Made by a program: the position numbers and the translations under genes
Assembly: GCF_035084215.1 (NCBI RefSeq)
Contig: NC_090351.1
Location: 33,542,001-33,606,000 of the forward strand
Reading direction: 5' to 3'
DNA from: Heptranchias perlo
Taxonomy: Eukaryota
DNA: 64,000 bases
Notes under the pieces: generated by a model
Database searches by the model: none
Told to the model about the DNA's origin: nothing
What the model saw: the letters and a program-made list of their open reading frames with translations, nothing else
Part shown: piece after piece, positions 33,557 through 46,200 of the stretch
Layout of the letters: every line of letters starts with the position of its first letter
Position numbering within the stretch: position 1 is the first letter of the stretch

Positions 33557-36084
33557 ACAACTTGATGTGTAGCAGTTTGAGGACGTTGTCGTTTCTTGGC
33601 TGACCGTTGACAAACTACAACTTTAAATAAAGGTGTACACGCCCAAAGGAAAGGGATGATAAATATGAAAATCCCTTTTCAATTTGAATCTCTGGTGTTT
33701 TTTTTTTCTGTATTCTGTATTAAAGGAGAAAATAATGCTTTTGTGCTTAACCCAGTAAAGCATTTCAAGTGCACCCCTTTTAGGGCCTTGACCAGCAATT
33801 TCAAGGGACGAGAATCAATGTGAACTGGTATCCAGAGAGTGTAAAGAGGAGCTGGACTGAGGGCTTAACTGTATGACGTAGCAATTCAAACTGGGGTACG
33901 CTAGGAGATTTGTGAGGGGATCCAAGGAGTGCCTGAGTTGATCAGATTTCTATTCTTTTGTCACCAGAGTTCTGTGCGTTTAAGTGACCAATAGAAATAC
34001 CTATACAGAGTCTTCAATTGCAGAGGCTTAGGTGCCATATTCAAAAATTTGAAAATTAAAATTTAATAAGGCCACCGGGCCTGCCACGACCAAATTCTGC
34101 AACCCCGCCCCTTCCAAACAGACTCCCCGGTGGAAAATGCAAATGACCCTCAGGCTGGAGAATTGTGGGGGCGGGGTCTAAGGTACATCCCCGTGCCAGG
34201 TGCAAGTCCTGCCACACCACACTTCCAAAGACGTAACAGACTAGCGGAGGATCCAGTTTGAAATGTACTGAGGAAGTTCTTCTTTTACCTCAATGTAAGA
34301 CAGACACCAGTCACAACTCCTGCTGTAATGACTTACTGCACGGTTCTCAGTTAAACTAATAAAGATGATTCACCCGCGGTTACTAATCATTCAGATAATG
34401 CTCCTTGGGTGCAGGAGGCTGACCTCCTCCTGGATGGAGAGACTTTCCCTTTAGTCTCAACTCTGAAACCATCAACTCCAAAGGATGTTAAGCTTGGTTC
34501 ACTATCAGTGTTGGTTTATGTGTAACATACTTAACTACTGCACTTGGGTTATCTATATAGACCAATAATGCATTGTGCTTGTCGATCTTGTTTGTACATC
34601 AGCTGTTCATGTTTACAAAGTGTTTCTATGCCTGAACAAAGTAATGGCTGTATTCTTGAAGTAGGTAAATGTTAGTGTCTGGGGGAAGAGAAGATGCGTT
34701 GGAGGAGGGTGAGACCCTTTGCCTGCACTCTCCCCGTTGACCTGCTCGTTCCCTTTTTGGAGCAGGTGGACTTTGCCAGCATCCTCTGTTTTAATTCAAA
34801 CCAGATCCCCAGGTTTTCTGTTTTCCATCTCTCCCATTTCCTTAGGCCAGTGAGGTGAGGCATAGGTGGGCTCCACTGGTGGGGTCCAAGCATGGCATGT
34901 GTCCTGGCCCTCCCCTCCCCTCCCCTCCCCTCTCCTCCCCCCCCCACCCCACCGCTCTCAGGGCAGAACAAGTTTCAGGGCTGGCAGGTGCCAATGATGC
35001 TCCCACAGTGGCACACCTGCTCCATGAGGTGCCCTCCTACTGACCTGAGCAAATTCAAGGCCTTCCTCATTGTTTTTTATATTTATATTAAGATTTTATA
35101 AATGTTGACCATCTATTCTCTCCACAAATGCTGACTGTGTTTCCAGCTTTTCCTGTTTTTGTTTTAGATGTCCAGCATTTAGCTCTTTATTGAAATCAGT
35201 AAACCATGTTGTTTGCTTATTGCATGTGGAACTGTACCTTGTTTGAAAATACAATAGCGTTCCCATTGGAACTCCATTATTGTTGTATCATATCATTACC
35301 AGGATGGTAGAAGGTGAACTAGCTGGACCTTGGCCTTTTTTTTTATCTAGCAATTCCTCTGTTATTCTTCATGCATCGCAGCCTTGTTAAGTTTTATCCC
35401 TGTGTATCAATAAGCATTAAGCAATTTATAGTTAAAATGAAATACACCCTCCAACATTGCTTTCAGCCTGAAGAAAAACAACTGTGATGGAGTGAGCTGT
35501 TAATGGGTTAACATACTGGATTAACATACAGGCTGGGAGACCAGCTCCTAATCTCAACATTTGCTGGCATCCACAACTGGGCCTTCTGCAGATGGCAAGC
35601 TTTGATCTTGGATAACCAGTCGTAGGAAGTCCTGAGTGGAGGCAAAATGCTCAGCCGACTGACTGAGGTTCAGTGGTCCTTGCTCACTGACCAGGGGAGT
35701 CGCTGGGAGAAGAAGGGAGATTTTTGGCCATCCTGCCCGCCAGAGGTCGGGTTGAGTGGCTTGTGGGATACAAAGGAGAGATGGAGGGACTGTGACAGCC
35801 GGATTGATTGGAACAAAAACAAATTAAAATTACTCAGTGACCTGGGATCTCAGCGATTAAGTGTTTGAATCATTTCTGCTCAGAGGGTCGCATGTTACAG
35901 TGCCAAAGTTACCAGCCATTCAGATTTGCTTTGTTTGTTTTGTCAGTTCCTAGTTGCATCACTAGATGGAGTGCTACACCACAGTAAGATATTTCATGAT
36001 GTGGAGATGCCGGTGATGGACTGGGGTTGACAATTGTAAACAATTTTACAACACCAAGTTATAGTCCAGCAATTTTATTTTAAA

Positions 36085-36123
36085 TTCACAAGCTTTCGGA
36101 GATTTTCTCCTTCCTCAGGCAAA
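36085..36123 (-). ncRNA. Minimal hammerhead ribozyme (PLE pLTR)
   Basis: tttgc-CTGAGGA-a-GGAGA aaa TCTCC-GAAA-gc-TT-gtgaa. Confidence 0.78.
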
Positions 36124-36936
36124 TGTTTCAAGAGCTCCTTGAAGCCTACGCATTTATACATATTGAACAATACATGGTGTTTACAGACTGCCCCTGCAAC
36201 TGCCCGTTGCCAAGGCGATCACCGTGTTCAGACAGAGAGGTGTCATCTGCAGAACCCCCGAATACACATTCAACAAAAAAACAAACAGGGAAAAAAAACA
36301 GAAAAAAAAAACACAGAGAGAGGCAGAAACATCCGGAAGGCAGAGAGAGCCAGCAAATGACCCATTATATTAAAAACAGATAACATTTGTTCGCTGGTGG
36401 GGTAACGTGTAGCGTGACATGAACCCAAGATCCCGGTTGAGGCCGTCCTCATGGGTGCGGAACTTGGCTATCAATTTCTGCTCGACGATTTTGCGTTGTC
36501 GTGTGTCTCGAAGGCCGCCTTGGAGTACGCGTACTCCAAGGCGGCCTTCGAGACACACGACAACGCAAAATCGTCGAGCAGAAATTGATAGCCAAGTTCC
36601 GCACCCATGAGGACGGCCTCAACCGGGATCTTGGGTTCATGTCACGCTACACGTTACCCCACCAGCGAACAAATGTTATCTGTTTTTAATATAATGGGTC
36701 ATTTGCTGGCTCTCTCTGCCTTCCGGATGTTTCTGCCTCTCTCTGTGTTTTTTTTTCTCTGTTTTTTTTCCCTGTTTGTTTTTTTGTTGAATGTGTATTC
36801 GGGGGTTCTGCAGATGACACCTCTCTGTCTGAACACGGTGATCGCCTTGGCAACGGGCAGTTGCAGGGGCAGTCTGTAAACACCATGTATTGTTCAATAT
36901 GTATAAATGCGTAGGCTTCAAGGAGCTCTTGAAACA

Positions 36937-36975
36937 TTTGCCTGAGGAAGGAGAAAATCTCCGAAAGCTTGTGAA
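36937..36975 (+). ncRNA. Minimal hammerhead ribozyme (PLE pLTR)
   Basis: tttgc-CTGAGGA-a-GGAGA aaa TCTCC-GAAA-gc-TT-gtgaa. Confidence 0.78.
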
Positions 36976-37217
36976 TTTAAAATAAAATTGCTGGACTATA
37001 ACTTGGTGTTGTAAAATTGTTTAAGATATTTCATACCTGGAAGGAAAATTCAACATTGGCTAAAATAAGGAAAGTTTTCACGGGAAGTAGTTAGGCGACA
37101 GTTAGAAAATTATTCATAGCTTTGAATGCCCGATTATAGAAAGGATGTTTAAACAATTGTTATTATCATGGGCTGACTGCATAGCATGCAATTCCCCTGC
37201 AGAGTTTATAGATGAGT

Positions 37218-37764
37218 TGCCAATTCCAATGCTCTCCTGGCCAGCCTCCCATTTTCTACCCTCCCATAAATTTGAGCTCATTCAAAACTCTGCTTTTCGT
37301 ATCCTAACTCGCACCAAGTCCCGTTCACTCAGCACTCCTGAGCTCACTGACCTACATTGGCTCCCGATCCGGGAATGCCTCGATTTTAAAATTCTCATTC
37401 TTGTTTTCAAATCCCTCCATGGGCTCACCCCTCCCTATCTCTGTGACCTCCTCCAGCGCTACAACCGTCCGAGATCTCTGCGCTCCTCCAATTCTTGCCT
37501 CTCGCGCAGCCCCGATTTTAATCGCTCCACCATTGGCGGTTGTGCCTTCAGCTGCCTAGGCCCAAAGCTCTGGAATTCCCTCCCTAAACCTCTCCCGCCT
37601 CTCTAAGACACTCCTCAAAAACGACCACTTTGCCCGAGTCACCTGTCCTAATATCTCCTTATTTGGCTTGGTGTCAAATTTTGTTTGATAACGTTCCTGT
37701 GAAGCACCTTGGGACATTTTACTACTTCAAGGGCGCTATATAAATGCAATTTGTTGTTGTTGTT
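37218..37764 (+). mobile_element. L2 LINE 3' part
   Basis: IQNSAFRILT...LHWLPIRECLDFKILILVFKSLHGLTPPYL...GPKLWNSLP and a (TTG)n tail. Confidence 0.88.
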
Positions 37765-37982
37765 GAGTTTCTCCTGCGCTCCTGTCATGCATCTCTTGGT
37801 AGTTGGTTTCAGAGTGCTATTGGCAGAGGCTTAGTACACAGTGGTTTGTTCATTATTTTAGCCCAAGGAATAATGTGTGGTGTATAAGGGGATGTTACAG
37901 AGGATATATCACATATTTGTTTGAAATTACCATGGTTTTCCTTCATCCTTGGTCAGCATGAAAGTGCAATCATGTCTTTTGG

Positions 37983-38290
37983 CTAAGATGTTAAACCGTG
38001 GCCCAATCTGCCTTCTCATGTGGATGTAAACCCCATAGTGATAGTCAAAGAAGAGCAAGAGGTTTCTCCTAGTGCCCTGGCCAACATTTATCCCTCAACT
38101 AACATCATTAAAACAGATTGTCTGCTCATCTATCTCATTGCTGTTTGTGGGACCTTGCTGTGTGTAAATTGGCTGTCACATTTGCCTACATTACAACACA
38201 GTACTCTTCAAGAGTACTTCATTGGCTGTGAAGCACTTTGGGACATCCTGAGGATATGAAAGGTGCTATTTAAAAACAGTTCATTTGTTT
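37983..38290 (+). mobile_element. Deu-domain-type SINE (SacSINE1-like)
   Basis: gatgttaaaccg...gtggatgtaaa...ctggccaacatttatccctcaac...cattgctgtttgtgggaccttgctgtg core and an L2-like tail. Confidence 0.7.
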
Positions 38291-40091
38291 GTTCTTTCTT
38301 TCTATAACACAAAAAAGCATGACAGCAAAGAGAATCCCAAGCAGTATCTTGTGAGCTGTCAGCACAAGTTGTCTGGATGGATAAAGGAGAAAGTGATCAA
38401 TCGCTGTATTTCCCTATCATTCTACATATGACTGGAGAAATCACTCATGTCTGGTGTCCTGTGTATGTCTCAGTGTCAACACTACTACCTTATAACAGTG
38501 ACTACACTTCAAAAAGCACTTCATTGGTTGTAAAGTGCTTTGGGACAGCCTGTGGTCGTGAAAGGCATTATATAAATGCAAGTCTTTCTTTCTACCCGGA
38601 GCATATTCTACGGAAATGTAAAGCATACAATTTCACTGAGAGGTGGGTGAGTTTTTCATCTACTGTTGCAAAAGCACCAATATTAAACCGGGCTTGTGCT
38701 GATGATAGAATAGCTCCCATATGATATGCATGAAATAAGTCAAAGGTATGTGTATCAGTGTTGTATATCGTGTATCTCCGTTTTCAAATTTACAGTCAAT
38801 ATTTTTGATTTCTTTCCATTCACAAGCTCTGTCTATACCATCATACATGCATACACATATATAAAAAAGTCGAGCCATTATCAATGATTGTCAAAGTTAC
38901 AATCTATAATAGAAAACTGCATGCCTCGGGTGCATTTCTATACTTGATGCTTCCCCATTTCTTCTTCTTCACATTTTTCTGTTTTCTAACTGCCACACAT
39001 CATGTATCACACTTTTTAAAAAAAAATTATAAAGAAATGAAAATAGTCATTTAAACTGTACAGAGAAACTCTCCAGGAACTTAAACAAGTCGGAATATCT
39101 GCAGCCTTTTAATTGACATTACCAATCACACTTTTTTAAAAAAAACAAAGCCAGGGAGAATCTTTGTCAGGGAGGTAACTGGAAGTATAAATATAAGGGG
39201 TAATTCCGCAATCCATCACTGCCAGAGGGGAGCTTCACTCACATGGAGTGCTATTCAGAGAACCACGGTTTTTCTGTTGATGCAGAATTAACCCATTTGT
39301 GAAACGGAAGCATTTTGTGATCCTGGCCACATCTCAATACAGGTTTGTTAGACAAACTATACTCCTCATGTATCTTTATTTTTGCTGTTTCAAATTTAAA
39401 GCTATTTCTCGGCATATCCTGCTGACTCGGTGTGTGAATGAACCGCCCAGTGTGGAGACATCTGCACCAGGAAGGTACCCATTGAATGCCGGACCTGTGC
39501 TGAATTTAATGACCACCCGAACAGAATAGGTAATCAGGGCCTCAGTTCAATACCTCACCTGAAGGACAGAACTTTTGACAATGTAGCATTCCCTCTGTAC
39601 CGAGTTGGAATGTCAGACTAGGCGACACGTTCAAATCCTGGGGAGTGGCCCTCGAACTCGCAACCTTCCAACTCAGAGGTGAAAATGCCACTAGCTAATC
39701 AAGTTAACAATGAGATATCATTGTTATTTAGTGAGAGGGCATGTGTGCATTTGTGTATTTCTGCTTTTTTACATGCTTGATCTTTACAAGATGTCTGTTT
39801 GTTTCAAATGATAATGACATATTTTAAATGCTAGGGGAAAAAAATGAACATTCAAAGGGTTAAATCTGCATTGATGACCAAAGCTGTAATCGCTCAATAG
39901 AAAAACTGACATGACAGTCACTCAATAGGTTTGTACAGACAAAGACAAATGTATAAAAAAATTGCTTTAAATCACATCTAAGCTCACTGGACAGTCTTTC
40001 TGAGAAACACTAGAACAGGAGGTGTTCTTTTGAAGACATGTTCAAGGTGGAATTGTATAGAAAAGCACTCACATTGTTTTGGGTCTTTTCA

Positions 40092-40268
40092 TTATGCTTT
40101 CAAAAGAATTGTTGAATATTTTACAGTTTCCGAAGCATCTTGACCACTGGGTGACCGGTAGGTTTCTTGGGCTTTAAGATCCTGAACATTAACGTAAGTA
40201 TCTTCCCTGTCTGCTCTGGGGCGGATCTTCACAGTGGAGTATGTCACTTCATTATCTTCCTTAGAAAA
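40092..40268 (-). CDS. Gene B terminal ITIM exon
   Basis: FSKEDNEVTYSTVKIRPRADREDTYVNVQDLKAQETYRSPSGQDASETVKYSTILLKA*; ITIMs VTYSTV and VKYSTI. Confidence 0.9.
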   Translation of the reverse strand, partial: FSKEDNEVTYSTVKIRPRADREDTYVNVQDLKAQETYRSPSGQDASETVKYSTILLKA

Positions 40269-43200
40269 CTGAGACACATGGAAAACTGTCACCACAATAA
40301 TGGCACGGCGTCAACCAAACTCACAGCTTTTATCGGAACCAATGAAACTTGGATCTGCAAATGTTCTGTGTTATTGTCAACTGTACTGGTTACATATATT
40401 TACAGAAGACCAAATTTCCGTCATTCATTTCTGAGGGAGATTATACTCTTTTTTTTTAAATCTTGAGAAACTTGGGTGAAGGGCCAGAATGGTCACCATT
40501 ACCAAGGTTGAAAAGAATGGAAGAGAAGCTGAGGTAAGTCAGAAACTAAAGAAAGAAAGACTTGTATTTATGTAATGCCTTTCACGATTTCAGGACGTCC
40601 CAAAACGTTTTACAGCCAATTAAGTGCTTTTTGAAGTGTAGTCGCTGTTGTAATATAGCAACCAATTTGTACCGAGCAAGGTTCCAGAATGAGATAATGA
40701 CCAGATAATCTGTTTTAGTGATGTTGGTTGAGTGATAAATATTGGCCACGATACCAGGAAAAACCTCCCCTGCTCCTCTTCTTCAAATAGTGCAATGGGA
40801 TCTATTACATCCACCTAAAAGGGCAGAAGGGGCCATGGTTTAACGTTGCATCTGAAAGACGGCAACTCCGACAGTGCAGCACTCCCTCAGTTTCTGGGGT
40901 GTGACATGAACCCACAGCATCTGACTCAGAGGCAAGAGTGCTACCACAGCTGATACCTAATGTTTGGGTGCTGGAAAACTTGGTTTTGAAAGCCTGTAGA
41001 CTGTGTGAGAAAAAGACTTAAGGGAGTTAAGGCGGCTAATAATGTGACCAGAGTGCCATGCAGTAAAATCGAGGCCCTCGGTAGATTAGTCTCTGAGCCT
41101 GAGTGGGGGAGAGGAGGCCACTACCAGGTCCTCTGCCTCCATGGGAGGAACTCTGGGCCTTAACCACCATTTCCTGGGGTAGGGTTGCCAACCCTCCCGA
41201 ATTGCCTGGGACTCTCCCAGAATGGGGCATGCTGCTCGCGGCCTGCAAGTTCTAAATTTCGTGCCTCCCCCATCTCCCTAACAAACCCCCCCTCCCGACC
41301 CCCGCCACCGGCTAGTGCAGAGAACCTGGCGAGGTAAACATAAAATCATAGAAAATAGGAGCAGGAGTATGCCATTCGGCCCTTCGAGCCTGCTCCGCCA
41401 TTCAATATGATCATGGCTGATCCTCTATCTCAATACCATATTCCCGCTCTCTCCCCATACCCCTTGACGCCTTTTGTGTCGAGAAATCTATCTAGCTCCT
41501 TCTTAAATAAATTCAGTGACTTGGCCTCCACAGCCTTCTGTGGTAGAGAATTCAACAGGTTCACCACCCTCTGAGTGAAGAAATTTCTCCTCATCTCAGT
41601 CCTAAATGTCCTACCCCGTATCCTGAGACTGTGACCCCTCGTTCTGAACCACCTAGCCAGGCGAAACATCCTCCCTGCATCCAGTCTGTCTAGCCCTGTC
41701 AGAATTTTATATGTTTCAATGAGATCCCCTCTCATTCTTCTAAACTCGAGTGAATACAGGCCTAGTCGGCCCGATCTCTCCTCATGTGACAGTCCTGCCA
41801 TCCCAGGAATCAGTCTGGTGAACCTTCGCTGCACTCCCTCTATGGCAAGTATATCCTTTCTTAAGTAAGGAGACCAAAACTGCACACAATACTCCAGGTA
41901 TGATCTCACCAAAGCCCTGTATAACTGCAATAAGACATCCTTGCTCCTGTACTCAAATCCTCTTGCAATGAAAGCCAACATACCAAATGCAATAACGTTT
42001 GCAGATATCACGCGATCGGACATCGTGTGGTCCCAATATTGTGTGATCAGACCTCCAGGAGTGCCTCCAATCAGAGTTGGCAACCCTGTCCTGGGGCCTA
42101 CTGCCACCTTCCGCATCTATGGGTCTGACGTGGCATCATCTTACCTTGCAGATTACTGCAGGATTTTCCGCATCAGTAATGTTCTGTTCATTTGTGCCTA
42201 TAAAATAAAATTATAATTAAAACATCATTTTATAATAAGAATTTTATTGTGCTCAAACATGCAAAGATTCCTGATGGGTTTTATTCATTTAAGCAATGTT
42301 TGATATGTGTTTTATGGAAAACTTCATACATCCAGTTTATTATATGCTTTAAAGGAACTTTACTATCTGATAAAAAGAAGAAGGAAATTGCATTTATGTA
42401 GTGCCTTATCACATCTTCAGGAGGTCCCATTGGATTGCTGAATCCATTGGTTGCTAAAGAACTTGATTCATAAATTAGTCTATTTCAGCATAACATTACA
42501 CCTCTTGCAAAAACTCAAAGTGCCTCAGCAGGGCACAAAGAAGTAGATTTTCCTATTGCTGCGTCTGGGCATATTGGATCACATGGGTGCAGCGTTTCAG
42601 AGGAGAATCGGGTAGGGATGAGCGGGCACCCATAAGGGGGCCTATCCAAACTTCTTCTATGTGCTGTGCCTAGGTGATCCAATATACCCAGGCACAGTAA
42701 GAGGGAAATCTGCCCCACTATGGTGTAATCTCCTTACATTGTTTGAGTTAAAATGAACTGAAACAAACATAGTTTTCTCATTGGTGACAGTGGAAAGTCA
42801 CTGGAGGTAGCCTGATTTTGTTCACTTGTGAATAACCATTCTTTTTTTCCTTTCAGACATTTATTTTGCTAATTTGCTCCCCCCCCCTTTCCCCCCTGTC
42901 TTCTGTAGATGTTGACTTTAGCTGGCCTACAGTTCCACAGCTACCAGCTATCCTCCAATACTTTGCTCAAGTGGCAATTCTTTTGTGAGTGAGCCGACTA
43001 TTCAACCACGGAAGACATCGCAGCTCACGGAAGTCCCTCATCTCTGCTTTGCCGTGCTCCCCAAAATCCCAGCTGAAATGTGAACTCCCTGTGCAGGGAA
43101 TTGCATAGGTGAGTCTGGGCACAACCACTTCTGGTCGTTACACGAGATCTCAGTTTTTATATAACATTTTCTATTCCAATTGAATACTGCAAAATCTTGA

Positions 43201-46200
43201 AATATTGAATTGTGTTTAAAACCACTTGAGATGTATTGAATTTAAACTTGATGTATGTTCCTGCCCTGCAGTGTTTTCCCCCTGTGTGCTAGCCTTAGTC
43301 TAATAGTTCTTTGCATATATAAACATGAAATGATTAGAAAATGTTGGAAAACCTTCTTCCTTTGGATGAGACGTTAAACCGGGGCCCTGCCTGCCCTCTC
43401 AGATGCCCGTAAAAGATCCCATGGCACTATTCAAAGAAGAAGCAAGGGAGTTCTCCCTGGTGTCCTGGCCAATATTTATCCCTTAACCAACATCGCTAAA
43501 ACAGATTATCTGGTCATTTTCACATTGCTGTTTGTGGGATTTTGCTGTGCGGAAATTGGGTGCACTGTTTCCCTACATTACAACACTTCAAAATATTTAA
43601 TTATAGGAAAACCCTTTGGGATGTTTTCAGGTTGTGAAAGGGGCTGTAGAAATGCAAGTTCTTCTTCGTAGATATTTTAAACACAGTTGCTCTTGATTTT
43701 TATTTTGTTGTATTGGACTGAACTTACCACTGTTCTTCTGCTGTTTTGTTTTTGCACAAAGAATGACAGCAGCAACGAGCAGCAGGAAGACAATAATCAC
43801 CACGACTGCTGAAAGGACAACCTGCCATCGAGTCACAGCTTCCTTACTGCAAAATACAAGCGAAATATGTGGAGCATGAGATCGACAGAGCGGAGGTAAT
43901 TATAAAACAAGAACAACTTTATTCCTCTCCAGTCTTGTTCATCGTGTTTCAATCAGATAAATGAGAAGTGCATTTGATCATTGCTATATCTGTACCTCTA
44001 AATGGTGTAAGTTAAATTCTAGAAATTTATGAAATAATCCAACCACTCTATCGATATTTAAGGAAATACAATGGCCATGGAATGACATCATACAAAGGTT
44101 AGTGTGTGAACATTTAATGTGTTCCGACTAAATTCCGTGGCTATATTAACGGAGGCTTATTAAAAGCAAATTAACGCTTCTGATAAAATAGGAATTTAAC
44201 ACAAATGCGTTAAATTGTTGCTAATGTGCTGACATCCTCGGTCCAAGTAATTAGACCTTGAGATGCCCACAGTTTAAGTGTGCAGCTTGGCTCAGTTGGT
44301 AACACCTTTGTCTCTGAGGCAGAAGTTTGTGAACTCAAGCCTCACCATCGTAGTGCCAAGAGGTGCTTTCTTTCGGAGGAAAGGTTCCACCTGCCTGCTT
44401 ACATGGATGTAAAAGATCTCAAGGGAGAAAAGGGAACATCCTTCTGATGTGCTGATCAACATTCATCCCTCCAGAGGATGGGAATCAATATGGATTCAGA
44501 AGGAGAAAATCCTGCATGACCAACCTCCTTGACATCTTTGAGGAAGCAACGTCCCAGTGGACTGTGGTAAGTCCTTGAGCTGCTGTTTAGGTGCTTTCTG
44601 TCCTAAGCAACAGGCTGGCAATTGTCAAAATAGGTTTCTATTGTTGACCTTTTGAATAAAAACTGGTTTTGCTGCCTCAGGACTTGTTGCAGAATGCTAA
44701 TTAGTCTTTTACACGTAGTGATGGAGGCCATATTCAGTAACTTGTCACTCCCCTTTTTTGCGATGTAACTTATTTGGAAGCAGGCAGGAGGAAACTATCA
44801 CAAGCCTCCTTGACAGTTATTGGTCATTCCTGAGCCACAAACACCAGTTTCCCTAAAGTCAGAAACCCCCCTCCCCCAATCGTACAACTGCCTCACACCA
44901 CCTGGAATACAAAAGGGAAGCCTCACATTCGAACCAGCACCCCCTTCTATTCCTGCTCCAACATTCTTCATACCAACACTTGTTTTCCCTTTTCCTGAAC
45001 TTTTCCATACTTGCTGTTTGGCATCACGGTTCCACTCGCTCGCCTGCTCCCTCCCTCCGTGCAGGCTGCAGGGGTGCCACGACTGCTGCATGAGTGCTGC
45101 TGCCAGCCTAACCATGACCCAGCAGTGCAAGCTCATTCACAGGGGATGGAATCTTTAAATGAACATGAAGACCACTGCCATGCAAATCACTTGTACATTA
45201 AGTATTTACCACTCTTCATCAGGAGGTGTCCAGACCAAAATCTCGTCCTATTACCTGAAAAAAAATTGAATTCCTTCTGGCTCTTCCATGGGGATTTAAC
45301 TATACCTTCCCCATTTAATGGTGCTGGTGCTGTTCAGGCCCAGACAGTGCCCTGATTTCCTCTTCTGTCTGGCCCTGCGCCCAGGATTGCATCTGTTTCA
45401 TTATAATATGGCCCCATGAGGAAGCTCGAATGCTGAAGATGTCAGCGTAGCAATGCGCACGTCTGATGTGCTCTGCAATAATTGCTCCCGCACTGCAGCA
45501 GGGGAGGAAGATCAGCCTCTGGGCATCCTACAGAGAACATGTGAAGGACATCTCAACACGGCACCGTGCGGAAAATGTAATGCTGCAACTTTTATTTAGT
45601 TAATCACCTTCAAAAAAAAAGGGTGGGGATTGTCAGAAATACTTGAAATCTGCTCCATCCGATGCAAAGTACCAAAACGAAAAGGAATAGAATCTATTAT
45701 AAGTTTCACCAAGGATAGAATCATGGAATCATAGAAGTTTACAACACGGAAACAGGCCCTTCGGCCCAACATGTCCATGTCACCCAGTTTATACCACTAA
45801 GCTAGTCCCAATTGCCTGCACTTGGCCCATATCCCTCTATACCCATCTTACCCATGTAACTGTCCAAATGCTTTTTAAAAGACAAAATTGTCTACTGCCT
45901 CTGGCAGCTCGTTCCAGACACTCACCACCCTTTGAGTGATGGTGACGCTCCGTATTGTATTTGTCTCTCCAGGTCAGCATTTTAAAAATGCTCCAGTGGG
46001 TTATTCGCAGAATACTTTCATAGTTTTGGTAAAGATGCACAATATTGATTTCAACCTTTTGAGAGACTAACCTGACTGTTCCAGTGCTGTGAAAAGAAGT
46101 GGTGAGAGATGTCGCGACAGAAGCCTCAGTAGTCCTTGCTGTCCTCGTGGTTGGGCCCATTGTTGACTTCCGTGCTGGGGCTAAAATAGATGAACTTGCT

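Larger units (their letters stand above)
35994..37023. mobile_element. Third PLE insertion: spacer-less palindrome of two 3' ends
   Basis: Arms 36037-36529 and 36530-37023 are near-perfect reverse complements centred on ggagtacgcgtactcc; 40-nt tail only on the left; TSD taagatatttcat at 35985-35997 and 37022-37034. Confidence 0.93.

Noticed and set aside
34130-34180. Octamer ATGCAAAT and GC box upstream of gene A
   Set aside because: Sits in GC-rich repeat-like sequence, and the same octamer context occurs at about 46758 in an intron; function cannot be supported.
42770-42826. Candidate gene B cytoplasmic exon (GEQNQATSSDFPLSPM)
   Set aside because: No AG acceptor in the needed position; 42197-42145 fits the phases with canonical sites.
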